DNA of 64,000 nucleotides from Microthrixaceae bacterium (GTDB taxonomy: Bacteria > Actinomycetota > Acidimicrobiia > Acidimicrobiales > Acidimicrobilacustridaceae). The position numbers and the translations under genes are program-made. This document shows positions 50,932-60,154 of this stretch, one piece after another. The stretch covers positions 13,855-77,854 of the forward strand of contig CANFQA010000002.1 in NCBI GenBank assembly GCA_947449015.1, read 5' to 3'. Position 1 is the first letter of the stretch. Every line of letters starts with the position of its first letter. The notes under the pieces were generated by a model. It was not told where the DNA came from, made no database searches, and saw nothing but the letters and a program-made list of their open reading frames with translations.

Positions 50932-52176
50932 CTAGTCCAGATCGAGACTCAGCATCTTGATGGCGTTGCCCCGGATGATCTTGTAGAGGGTCTCATCGTC
51001 GAGATCCGCGGTCATTTCGCGGACGAACCTCTCGGTATCGGGCCAGGTGGAATCCGAATGCGGGTAGTCGGTTTCGAACACCACGTTGTCGACGCCGATG
51101 TCCTGGATGTTCTTCAGACCGAAGTCATCACGGAAGAAACACGCATAGATCTGACGACGGAAATAGAACGCCGGCTCCTCGGAGATGACGGCGGGATCGA
51201 AAGCCCAGCCCCGGAACTGCTCCCACACGCTCTTGGCCCGCTCAAGGGCGTACGGGATCCAGCCCATCTGCGCTTCGGAATAGGCGAGCTTGAGATTGGG
51301 ATGGCGGGGGAGGATGCCCGAGAAGATCCAGTCGGCCATCGAGGCCATGCCCTGGTTGAACGACAGCGTGGCCTGCACGGCGGCGGGCGCATCGGGCGAA
51401 GTGGCCGGCATGCGTGAGGAGGAACCGATGTGCATGTTGATCACGGTGTTGGTCTCTTCGCAGGCAATGAAGAACGGCTCCCAATGGCCTGAGTGGATTG
51501 AGGGCAGACCGAGGAAGTGCGGAACCTCGGAGAAGCACACAGCGTGCACGCCGCGGGCTGCGTTGCGGTACACCTCAGCAGCAGCCAACTCGGCATCCCA
51601 CAACGGAACGATGATGAGCGGAATGAGGCGGTCCTTGCCGGCACCGGCGCACCATTCCTCAACCATGAAGTCGTTGTAGGCCTGCACGCACAGCAGCGCG
51701 AGTTCTTTATCCTTGGCCTCGGCGAAGGTTTGACCGCAGAATCGCGGGAAGGTGGGGAAGCACAGCGACGCTTCGGTGTGATTCGCGTCCATATCGGCAA
51801 GGCGGGCAGCCTGATCCCAGCAGCCCTTGCGCATCTCTTCGTAGGTGACCGGAAGCATCGTGCGTTCTTCGGGTGCGAAGCCCACTGCGGTGATGATGCG
51901 GCGCATCGGAACCTTGAGGTCCTCGTAGCACCAGAAATCGGCGAACTTTCCGTTGTCACTCTTGTTGTCAACGATGTCGAAGGAGTAGTTCATGCCGTCG
52001 AACGCAAGGTTGTCGACACGCAGACGCTCAAGGCGGGGACCGATGTCCTGGTATTTCGCCGGCAGGCGCTTGGTCCAGGTGTCGGCGGGTTCGATCACGT
52101 GATCGTCGACGCTCACGATCCGCGGGATGACCCGCTTGGTCTCGGTGGTGGCGGGATCGGGTGCGGTGATGGTCAC
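50932..52176 (-). CDS. Amidohydrolase_2 family protein
   Basis: SVDDHVIEP, LCFPTFPRFCGQ, AYNDF, INMHIGSSS, YSEAQMGW and FETDYPHSDSTWP. Confidence 0.9.
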   Translation of the reverse strand: MTITAPDPATTETKRVIPRIVSVDDHVIEPADTWTKRLPAKYQDIGPRLERLRVDNLAFDGMNYSFDIVDNKSDNGKFADFWCYEDLKVPMRRIITAVGFAPEERTMLPVTYEEMRKGCWDQAARLADMDANHTEASLCFPTFPRFCGQTFAEAKDKELALLCVQAYNDFMVEEWCAGAGKDRLIPLIIVPLWDAELAAAEVYRNAARGVHAVCFSEVPHFLGLPSIHSGHWEPFFIACEETNTVINMHIGSSSRMPATSPDAPAAVQATLSFNQGMASMADWIFSGILPRHPNLKLAYSEAQMGWIPYALERAKSVWEQFRGWAFDPAVISEEPAFYFRRQIYACFFRDDFGLKNIQDIGVDNVVFETDYPHSDSTWPDTERFVREMTADLDDETLYKIIRGNAIKMLSLDLD

Positions 52177-52231
52177 GATGGACTCCTCGGTGCCGGAAAG
52201 GGGCGAACGCCCCGATGGAGAAACTCTACGG

Positions 52232-52258
52232 CAGAACCTGACGACCCGTCAGGTTCTG
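52232..52258. promoter_or_regulatory. Palindromic operator candidate, copy 1
   Basis: CAGAACCTGACG-ACC-CGTCAGGTTCTG, perfect 12-bp arms. Confidence 0.6.
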
Positions 52259-52294
52259 GCTGAAGCCGGCCGGATCCCGGACAGAGCAGAGGAT

Positions 52295-52316
52295 CAGAAC
52301 CTGACGATCCGTCAGG
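52295..52316. promoter_or_regulatory. Palindromic operator candidate, copy 2
   Basis: CAGAACCTGACG-ATC-CGTCAGG: same left arm as copy 1 and a 7-bp right arm. Confidence 0.55.
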
Positions 52317-52383
52317 GGGTGACCTACGATCAGCGCTCCGGGCCGAGCGGCCCCAGCGACCCAGCCCCCTGACGGAGTCGACC

Positions 52384-53562
52384 ATGGACATGCGATTTAC
52401 CGAGGCCGAAGAGGCCTTCCGCGCCGAAGCTCGGGCGTGGCTCGAAGCCAACGTGCCCCACGGGCTGCCCTCGGGCGACACCCATGAGGGGTTTGCGCTC
52501 CATGTGGAGTGGGAAAAGAAGTTGTTCGCCGATCGCTGGTCGGTGGTGTCCTGGCCCGAGGAGTACGGCGGCCGCGGTGCCTCGTTATGGGAATGGCTCA
52601 TTTTCGAAGAGGAGTACTACCGCGCTGGTGGCCCGCAGCGCGTCACGCAGAACGGCATCTTCCTTCTTGCCCCCACCATTTTCGAGTTCGGGACCGAGGA
52701 GCAGAAGGCGCAGTTCCTGCCCCGTATGGCCGCGGCGGAGGACCTTTGGTGTCAGGGTTGGTCCGAGCCAGATGCTGGTTCCGATCTCGCCGGCATCAAG
52801 AGCCGCGCTGTGCGCGATGACGCCGCCGGAGGTTGGGTGATCAACGGACAGAAGACCTGGACCACCCGTGGCGCGTTCTGCAATTGGGTGTTCGGTCTGT
52901 TCAGGACCGATCCTGACGCGGCCCGCCATTCGGGCATGACGTACCTGATGGTGCCCCTCGATGCACCTGGTGTCACTGTTCGCGGTGTTGAACGACTCGA
53001 CGGTGACGAAGGTTTCGCTGAGGTGTTCTTCGATGACGTGTTCGTCGCCGATGATCTTGTGCTCGGTGGCGTGAATAACGGCTGGGCTGTGGCTATGGCG
53101 ACAGCCTCGTCTGAGCGCGGCCTCACCTTGCGTTCGCCCGGACGTTTCTGCGCTGCGGCCGACCGTTTGGTCGAGTTGCATCGTCGCCTAGCTGCAACTG
53201 GCGAGCATCCCGAGCGGGTGGCCTCGTTGCGTGAGGCTGTGGCTCAGGCGTGGATGGAGGCCGAGGCATATCGCCTCGCCACCCTCGCTGATGTGAGCGG
53301 TTTGGTCGAAGGCCGCTCTCAGGGTGCTCGCTCAAGTCTCACCAAGATCTACTGGTCGGAACTCGACGTGAACCTCAATGAGACTGCGCTGCGACTCCTC
53401 GGTCCTGCTGGTGAACTCATCGAAGGATCTGCCGGTGCCATCGATGACGGCGCATGGATGAAGGCCTTCGAGTTCTCACTTTCGGGTCCCATCTACGCCG
53501 GTACGAATGAGATCCAACGCAACGTCGTCGCCGAGCGCGTGCTCGGCCTGCCCCGGAAGTAG
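52384..53562 (+). CDS. Acyl-CoA dehydrogenase, alpha subunit of a heteromeric pair (FadE30/IpdE1-like)
   Basis: WCQGWSEPDAGSDLAG, NGQKTWTT, FAEVFFDDV, ASSERG and IYAGTNEIQRNVVAERVLGLPR. Confidence 0.9.
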   Translation: MDMRFTEAEEAFRAEARAWLEANVPHGLPSGDTHEGFALHVEWEKKLFADRWSVVSWPEEYGGRGASLWEWLIFEEEYYRAGGPQRVTQNGIFLLAPTIFEFGTEEQKAQFLPRMAAAEDLWCQGWSEPDAGSDLAGIKSRAVRDDAAGGWVINGQKTWTTRGAFCNWVFGLFRTDPDAARHSGMTYLMVPLDAPGVTVRGVERLDGDEGFAEVFFDDVFVADDLVLGGVNNGWAVAMATASSERGLTLRSPGRFCAAADRLVELHRRLAATGEHPERVASLREAVAQAWMEAEAYRLATLADVSGLVEGRSQGARSSLTKIYWSELDVNLNETALRLLGPAGELIEGSAGAIDDGAWMKAFEFSLSGPIYAGTNEIQRNVVAERVLGLPRK

Positions 53563-53571
53563 GTCGCTGCC

Positions 53572-54588
53572 ATGCGTTTCGCGTTTACCGACGATCAACT
53601 CATGTTCCGCGACGCGGTCGCTGATCTGTTGAGCAATGAATGTCCGCCCGAGAAGGTCCGCTGGTCCTGGAATGACGACACGGGACGTGACCCGCAGTTG
53701 TGGGCGGCGTTGGCTGCCATGGGTGTGGTCGGTCTGACTGCGCCGGAAAACAGCGGTGGACTCGGCATGAACGAGGTCGATCTGCTGCCGATCCTCACCG
53801 AAGCCGGGCGCGCCGCGCTTCCCGCACCGCTGCTTGAGACAACCGCAGTTGTCATTCCGATGCTTGCTGAATCGGCGCCGGACGCGCTGGCTGCAACATG
53901 GCTGCCCGGTCTGTCAGACGGCTCCGTGATCGCCACGGTTTCGCTTGAGGGTCAACCGTTTGTCTCCGATGCGCATATTGCTGACCTTCTTGTTGCTGAG
54001 CGCGGTGGTTCGTTGTTCGCAGTAACCGGCGACAAACTGCGCCTTACTCCGCAAACTTCTGTTGACGGGGCTCGTCGACTCTTCACTGCGGAATGGGACG
54101 AGGCCGATGCCGAACTCATCGCCTCGGGTGATGCAGCGGCGGCTGCAGTGGCTCTGGCCTTCAACCGCGGTGCTGTTGCCGCCGCAGCTGAACTCATCGG
54201 CTTGGCCGAGCGCATGATTGCCATGACTGTTGAGTACGTGGTTGCCCGTCAGCAGTTCGGCGTTGCGATCGGCAGCTTCCAAGCCGTGAAGCATCACCTT
54301 GCTGATGCCGAACTCAAGGTGTCCTTCGCTCGACCCATGGTGTGGAACGCCGCGTATGCGCTCGCCAATGGAGAACCCGATCTCGATCGCAGCGTGTCGA
54401 TGGCCAAGTGCTTTGCCTCCGATGCTGCAGAGGTTGTGGCCCGTAAGGCGCTGCAATGCCACGGCGCCATTGGTTACACCACCGAGCACGACCTGCACTT
54501 CTGGCTCAAGCGCTCCTGGGCGCTCTGCGCGTCATGGGGCGACGCTTCCTGGCATCGTCGCCGGGTTGCTGCGTCGCTGCTTGACTGA
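53572..54588 (+). CDS. Acyl-CoA dehydrogenase, short beta-type partner subunit
   Basis: 338 aa; LAAMGVVGL, ARQQFGVAIGSFQAVKHHLAD and LQCHGAIGYTTEHDLH. Has FNRG where the partner has SERG. Confidence 0.87.
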   Translation: MRFAFTDDQLMFRDAVADLLSNECPPEKVRWSWNDDTGRDPQLWAALAAMGVVGLTAPENSGGLGMNEVDLLPILTEAGRAALPAPLLETTAVVIPMLAESAPDALAATWLPGLSDGSVIATVSLEGQPFVSDAHIADLLVAERGGSLFAVTGDKLRLTPQTSVDGARRLFTAEWDEADAELIASGDAAAAAVALAFNRGAVAAAAELIGLAERMIAMTVEYVVARQQFGVAIGSFQAVKHHLADAELKVSFARPMVWNAAYALANGEPDLDRSVSMAKCFASDAAEVVARKALQCHGAIGYTTEHDLHFWLKRSWALCASWGDASWHRRRVAASLLD

Positions 54589-54617
54589 TCAACGCTGATC
54601 GAGCGCTGATCCTCCGG

Positions 54618-55085
54618 TCAGCGTCCGATGCTCGTGTCGATGAGTTCGCGAATGATGTCGGCGTGTCCCGCGTGTCGGGCCAGCTCGCTGATGAGATGAG
54701 TGAGGATCCAACGCATCGAAACTGATTCGTTACCGGTATCGCCCGCGCTCGTCGTGTCGAAGTCCAACGTCTGATCGATCACCTCATCAACACGCTGGCC
54801 GATGGTCTCGTAGTTGTCGCGTGCCTGCTGCAACGTGTCGCTCGAGATGAACGGTCGAATCTCACCCTCACCGAGGAATCGGTTCACGAACCAGATCTCC
54901 TCCACGAATGCCATGTGATCGATCAACCACAGGATCGAAGTTCCGCTGGCCACCGGGGACCAGTGAGCGGTTTCGTCGTCGAGGCCGTCAGCCTTGCGCA
55001 GCAGCGATTCGCGTAGATACCGCAATGTCGACGGAAGGATCGTGGTCTCGGGTCCTCCGGTTCGGGGGGTGTCGATATCGGCCAT
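54618..55085 (-). CDS. DinB/DUF664 family (mycothiol transferase-like) protein
   Basis: LRESLLRKADGL, SILWLIDHMAFVEEIWF and WILTHLISELARHAGHADIIRELID. Confidence 0.85.
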   Translation of the reverse strand: MADIDTPRTGGPETTILPSTLRYLRESLLRKADGLDDETAHWSPVASGTSILWLIDHMAFVEEIWFVNRFLGEGEIRPFISSDTLQQARDNYETIGQRVDEVIDQTLDFDTTSAGDTGNESVSMRWILTHLISELARHAGHADIIRELIDTSIGR

Positions 55086-55181
55086 GAGCGGTGATCGTAG
55101 GTGGCTGGTAGCAATCTGCTTGAGGAGTTGTGCCGGTTTCCTTGCGTTCGCAAGTACTATGCCAAGGTGACCACGACCCGG

Positions 55182-55955
55182 ATGCCAAGTGCGTATATCT
55201 CCCATGGCGGCGGTCCCTGTTTCTTCATGGAGTGGGACCCACCGCATGAGTGGGACGCACTTCGCGAGGCTCTTGCCTCACTGTTGACCCTGCTGCCGGC
55301 CAAGCCGAGAGCGATTTTGGTGATCTCGGCCCACTGGGAGTCCGAGGTGTTCGAGATTGAAAGCGCAGTGGCACCTGGTCTGATCTATGACTACGGCGGC
55401 TTTCCTCCGCATACCTACGAACTCACCCATCCCGCTCCCGGCGACCCAGCGCTCGCCGCCGAGATTGATGGGTTGCTCACCAAAGCGGGCATCGACCATC
55501 GCCTGCATCCGAACCGCGGTTGGGACCATGGCGTGTTCATCCCGCTCAAGGTGATGGATCCCGAAGCGCGCATACCGATCGTGGCTATGTCAGTGCGAGG
55601 TGATCTCGATCCCGTCGCCCATCTGGAGCTTGGTCGAGCGCTGGCTCCGTTACGCGACCAAGGAGTGCTCATCCTCGGCAGCGGATTCAGCTTTCATAAC
55701 TTCGCCACGTTCGGTTCGCCAGAGGCGCATGTGTTCGACGATTGGTTGCAGAGCGTGATGACCAGTGATGCGCAGACCCGCTGGAATGCACTCGCAGATT
55801 GGGAAGACGCTCCCACCGCTCGCAACGCGCATGCTCGTGAAGAACATCTCATCCCGTTGATGGTTGCTGCTGGAGCTGCCGATGATGTTCCCGCTCGTCG
55901 GTTCTTCAGCGGTCGGGTGCTCAACACCCCGACCTCATGCTGGTTGTTCGACTGA
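55182..55955 (+). CDS. Class III extradiol dioxygenase (DODA/YgiD/LigB-like)
   Basis: YISHGGGP, VISAHWE, YDYGGFP, RGWDHGVFIPL, ILGSGFSFHN and AHAREEHLIPL. Confidence 0.92.
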   Translation: MPSAYISHGGGPCFFMEWDPPHEWDALREALASLLTLLPAKPRAILVISAHWESEVFEIESAVAPGLIYDYGGFPPHTYELTHPAPGDPALAAEIDGLLTKAGIDHRLHPNRGWDHGVFIPLKVMDPEARIPIVAMSVRGDLDPVAHLELGRALAPLRDQGVLILGSGFSFHNFATFGSPEAHVFDDWLQSVMTSDAQTRWNALADWEDAPTARNAHAREEHLIPLMVAAGAADDVPARRFFSGRVLNTPTSCWLFD

Positions 55956-55986
55956 GGCCGTGACTCGTCACCGCTGGTGACGCGAA

Positions 55987-56010
55987 GGAGCCGGCCCGAG
56001 GGCCGGCTCC
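55987..56010. terminator. Bidirectional terminator hairpin between convergent genes
   Basis: GGAGCCGGCC-CGAG-GGCCGGCTCC, perfect 10-bp stem. Confidence 0.75.
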
Positions 56011-56044
56011 ATTCAAACGACTGGTGTAGCGGTGTTGGGTGGAA

Positions 56045-57505
56045 CTAGCCGCCGATGGGCAGGTCGATACCGCCGGGCAGCGAGATGGTCTTGCACTCGC
56101 AGAACGCCTCGATGCCTTCGGGGCCGAGCTCGCGGCCAACGCCAGAACTCTTGTAGCCACCGAACGGGCCGTTGAAGTCCATGCCCTGGGCGGTGTTCAC
56201 GCCGAAGGTGCCGGTGCGGACCTTGCGGGCCACGTTGATGCCCTTCTCAAGATCGGTGGTGTAGCACGCACCGGCCAGGCCGTAATCGTTGTCATTCGCC
56301 ATGTCGATCGCGTCCTGGAGCGTGTCGTACTTGATGAGCGACAGCACCGGGCCGAAGATCTCCTCACGGGCGATGGTCATGTCATTGGTGACATCGGCGA
56401 AAAGGGTGGGGGACACGAAATGGCCCTTGGCCTCGTCGGGACGACCGCCGCCGACGACGACGGTTGCGCCCTCGGCACGGCCCTTGGCGATGTAGCCCTC
56501 GACGCGCTCACGCTGACGCTCGGCGATGAGTGGTCCGCACATGTTCTCGGGGTTGGCGGGATCGCCGGCAACCTGCGACGCCACTGCAGCGCCAAGGGCG
56601 TCACGGATCTCGTCATAGCGGCTGGCCGGGGCAAGCACGCGGGTCAGTGCCACGCAGGCCTGGCCGTTGTTCATGAGGCCGCCCTGAATGATTGCGGGGA
56701 TTGCCTCATCGAGGTTTGCGTCATCACAGATGATGGCGGCGGACTTGCCACCCAGCTCGAGGGTGCAGCGCTTGAGCTGCTCGCCACAGATGGCGCCGAT
56801 CTTGCGCCCGGCGGCGGTGGAGCCGGTGAAGCTGACCTTGTTGACGTCGGGATGACGCACGAGGTACTCGCCAACCTCGCGGTCAGCAGCGACGATGTTG
56901 ACCACACCAGCGGGAACGCCGGCCTCAATGAGCACCTCGGCAAAGAGGTTGGCATCAAGCGGGGTCTCCGGAGCGGGCTTGATCACGATGGTGGAACCCG
57001 AGGCAAGCGTGGGTCCAACCTTGAGGGTGGTGATGAACAGCGGAACATTCCACGGAATGATGCCGGCGCACACGCCGACGGGCTCGCGACGCACGATGAT
57101 CTGACCACCGAGGGCGCCGTCACGACGCTCCTCGAACGGGAAGTTCAGCGTGTGCTGCGCGAAGGAGTTCAGCACCATGGTCGACGACAGCACCTGGCCG
57201 AACATCGAGAAGTAGTAGGGGGCACCGACCTCGCTGGTGATGAGGTTGGTGAACTCTTCCTGGCGAGCGGTGAGGATCTCGGCAACCTTGGCGAGCAGAG
57301 CCGAGCGCTGCTGCGGGGTGTAGTCAGCCCATTCGCCAGTGAGCGCGGCCTTGGCGGCGGCGACGGCACGGTCCATGTCTGCCGGAGTGGCCACCGGCAC
57401 CGAGCCGATGATCTCTTCGGTGGTGGGGGACATGACCTTAAGGGTCTCGTTGCCAGCGGGCTCGACCCACTCGCCCCCGATGAAGAACTTGTCGTACGTA
57501 AGCAT
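56045..57505 (-). CDS. Aldehyde dehydrogenase
   Basis: IIPWNVP, KPAPETP, FTGSTAAG, LELGGKS, NNGQACVA (catalytic Cys), EEIFGPV and FGGYKSSGVGRELG. Confidence 0.95.
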   Translation of the reverse strand: MLTYDKFFIGGEWVEPAGNETLKVMSPTTEEIIGSVPVATPADMDRAVAAAKAALTGEWADYTPQQRSALLAKVAEILTARQEEFTNLITSEVGAPYYFSMFGQVLSSTMVLNSFAQHTLNFPFEERRDGALGGQIIVRREPVGVCAGIIPWNVPLFITTLKVGPTLASGSTIVIKPAPETPLDANLFAEVLIEAGVPAGVVNIVAADREVGEYLVRHPDVNKVSFTGSTAAGRKIGAICGEQLKRCTLELGGKSAAIICDDANLDEAIPAIIQGGLMNNGQACVALTRVLAPASRYDEIRDALGAAVASQVAGDPANPENMCGPLIAERQRERVEGYIAKGRAEGATVVVGGGRPDEAKGHFVSPTLFADVTNDMTIAREEIFGPVLSLIKYDTLQDAIDMANDNDYGLAGACYTTDLEKGINVARKVRTGTFGVNTAQGMDFNGPFGGYKSSGVGRELGPEGIEAFCECKTISLPGGIDLPIGG

Positions 57506-57663
57506 GGTTCCCCTTGTGTGGTGTGAGTCTCGAGATATTCGGACTCGTGATCGGGCAGGAGCCCGGGTCGGTGTGTCCGCCCCGGTCTGGACCGAACGGA
57601 TCAGCGAAGTGTGAATCTATCGCCGTTGTGGGCCAACGTCAGCCTGAGGGGACCGACCGAGGC

Positions 57664-59991
57664 CTACCTGCTGGCTGGGCGAACCCCGTTGAGCTCGTTG
57701 ACCACCCGGAGAAGGTCGCCCTTGTCGTAGAAGTTCACCCCGATGATGTTGGGGATGCGCCCCCGCTGGGCCATGCAATCGCGTATCCGGGGCATCAGAA
57801 CGTCGTAGGCGTTGATCCCCTTGGACTGCTGGGCAGTAGCGGCTTCGCCGACCGGGGTGACCCAGTGGTTGATCTGGAACAGCGGCGAGACGGGTGTTCC
57901 CCGGTTGGGGGCACAACTGGGTACGCCGGTCCACTGGTCAGCGGGCACGAATGCCGTTGCTTCGGAATCGGTCGCTGTGGGTGCAGCGACGACATCAGGC
58001 ACCGGGCCATCGACCACGGCATCGCCGGTGTACCCCGGTGCGCCGGGTGTGAGCAGTTCCTCTGGGGTGCGGAAGGTGAACGGTGTGTCCTGGAAGGCGC
58101 CATAGGCCGCCGAGTTCCACGCGGGCTGCGCGGAGCCGAACTCGGCGAACATCACGATGTTGCGGCGGGCGTCGATCATTTCGCGAAGTGTCGGCCACCC
58201 GGCTCCGGGTTCGACGTTCCAGAGTCGGTCGAAGAGCTTCGCATCGCGGAACGCCTTTTCGGTATCGGCATCAGAGACGTAGTTGCCGACGACCAGCATG
58301 ATCACCTCATCGGGATTCGCATCGAGGAACTGGCGTAGGTAGCGAAGTGCGTCGGTGAATTTCGTGGCACCGAGTTCGCAGTTCACATGACAGAGATACA
58401 CATCTCGCAGCGATGGGTCGACCTTGGCTGACGCGGCAATAGCAGCAGCTTGGCGTTGCTGTTCGGCGGTGAGAAGTGCACTTGCCTCGGGAGTGGAGGT
58501 AGCGAGCTCCGCGCCCTGATCGGTGACCACCAGCGGTGCGCCGGTGACATTGAGTCCCGACGGGACGCCGTAATGGGTCTTCACCAACAGCGCCCGGATG
58601 CCGTAGGAAAGCTGCGCTGGAATCCCTTGGTCGTGTTCCGCAAATAACCATCCCGGATCCCGTCGTGCGGACATGGAGTTGTGTGAGGCAGCGAAAGCGA
58701 CCTCATCGAGATGACGGTCGCAGAGTTCGACGTAGCCGTTGCAGCGCATCTCCTGCGCTGCCGATCGCGTAGACCCGACGTGGAGTGTGATGCCGATAGC
58801 GGCGATGACGATGACGAGCGCCAGTGTCGCACCCAGAATCCGATGGGATCGGATGCGCACCACCTGGTCGTGCGCATGTTCGGTGACCACTGAGCGCACC
58901 GAACGGTGGTCCGATCGACCGACGACGCTCAGCAGTTCGATAACGCCGAGGTACACCACATAGGAACCGACAAAGAAGATGAGTAGCGGCGCCACAACGT
59001 CGCGGTGCACGATGACGATGTACCCAATTGTCATAATCACCAGCGCTCGGACGATGTGGCCGACGGGCGAGTTCGGTGACCAGCGGCTGGCACGAGCACG
59101 AGCGAACGCCCAGAGTTCGCTCGGTGCAAGCGGAGGTCGATCGGGTCGTGTGGCGATGCTGAATCCGCACAGGATGATTCCGATCGCAGCCAGGTTGATA
59201 CCCAGCGAGACCAAACTCCCGAAGAAGATGCCGGTACCATCATGGAGCGCTCGTTGGATCGAGGGAGTTGATCCGAACGAAGCGGCGAAACTCGGCGCGC
59301 TCAGCGCGAGTGCGAACAATGTCGTACCGGCGAGCGCAATCCCGATCCCGACCTTGAACACTCCGCGCCGTCGTTCCCGCTCAAGCAACACGATTGCGGC
59401 TGCGAGCACGAGAAGGATTGCCAGCGAGCGCAGATTGCCCTCGCCCGATGCTTTGGCAAGTTTCCAAGGCTGCGCACTTCGAAGTGTTGAGCTGATGTTC
59501 ACGAGGAAGTCGTCGGTTCCGCTGGGTATGGAATCCGCGAGATCCGGGTTGGTGACTTGAAGGCTCCCGCTCAGTACTCCCAGAGCTGCACTCAGGTTGA
59601 TTGCAGCAGCATTTCCTTCTTCGGTGAGGATCGCATCTTGAGCGCGAATGATGGCCGTGCGAAAGATTGATCGAAATACTTCGGTGTTGAGTAGTTGCTC
59701 GATGGCAGGGTGCAGCACAGTTTGGAACGAGGCGAGACGCGACGGGCCAGACTCGACGAGCTTCTCGGTGATGGCATCGGCAAGCGCTGTGCGCACGGCC
59801 GCGGAATCGAGCAGGCGCACTGAACTGTTCGCGAATCGAGAACTGCTGAGCATGGTGTCCTGAGCCCAGAATCCGAAACCGTCAAGGGTGAGCAGAAAGG
59901 TGAACACGAGTGCGAGTGCAGTCGCGAGATGCCGGCGTCGACGCTTCTTGCGGGTACTCCCCGTGGCGCTGTTCATGGATTCGGTGGTCAT
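57664..59991 (-). CDS. Multi-pass membrane protein with C-terminal PI-PLC X-like phosphodiesterase domain
   Basis: About seven TM helices, then CNGYVELCDR, AASHNSMS, AQLSYGIRAL, YLCHVNC, FLDANPDEVI, INHW and NIIGVNFY. Start moved to ATG 59991. Confidence 0.75.
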   Translation of the reverse strand: MTTESMNSATGSTRKKRRRRHLATALALVFTFLLTLDGFGFWAQDTMLSSSRFANSSVRLLDSAAVRTALADAITEKLVESGPSRLASFQTVLHPAIEQLLNTEVFRSIFRTAIIRAQDAILTEEGNAAAINLSAALGVLSGSLQVTNPDLADSIPSGTDDFLVNISSTLRSAQPWKLAKASGEGNLRSLAILLVLAAAIVLLERERRRGVFKVGIGIALAGTTLFALALSAPSFAASFGSTPSIQRALHDGTGIFFGSLVSLGINLAAIGIILCGFSIATRPDRPPLAPSELWAFARARASRWSPNSPVGHIVRALVIMTIGYIVIVHRDVVAPLLIFFVGSYVVYLGVIELLSVVGRSDHRSVRSVVTEHAHDQVVRIRSHRILGATLALVIVIAAIGITLHVGSTRSAAQEMRCNGYVELCDRHLDEVAFAASHNSMSARRDPGWLFAEHDQGIPAQLSYGIRALLVKTHYGVPSGLNVTGAPLVVTDQGAELATSTPEASALLTAEQQRQAAAIAASAKVDPSLRDVYLCHVNCELGATKFTDALRYLRQFLDANPDEVIMLVVGNYVSDADTEKAFRDAKLFDRLWNVEPGAGWPTLREMIDARRNIVMFAEFGSAQPAWNSAAYGAFQDTPFTFRTPEELLTPGAPGYTGDAVVDGPVPDVVAAPTATDSEATAFVPADQWTGVPSCAPNRGTPVSPLFQINHWVTPVGEAATAQQSKGINAYDVLMPRIRDCMAQRGRIPNIIGVNFYDKGDLLRVVNELNGVRPASR

Positions 59992-60154
59992 GCGGGCCCT
60001 TGGAACATGGGTTCGTATGTTCTCACAGGGGGTGGTCGGTATGCCGGTGCGTTGGTAACTGTGAGGGAGCCACACATGGTGGAGTCACTTCGCTGAATTC
60101 TTTGGCACGATGGGGGCCCCGCCAGTCGGTGGGCGTGGTCGGAGGGAATGCAGC

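Noticed and set aside
56039-57526. 495-aa plus-strand ORF
   Set aside because: Antisense shadow of the aldehyde dehydrogenase; such shadows are expected in GC-rich DNA and it has no motifs.
60059-60075. TGTGA...CACA CRP-like site upstream of gnd
   Set aside because: Spacing and right half-site do not fit TGTGA-N6-TCACA.
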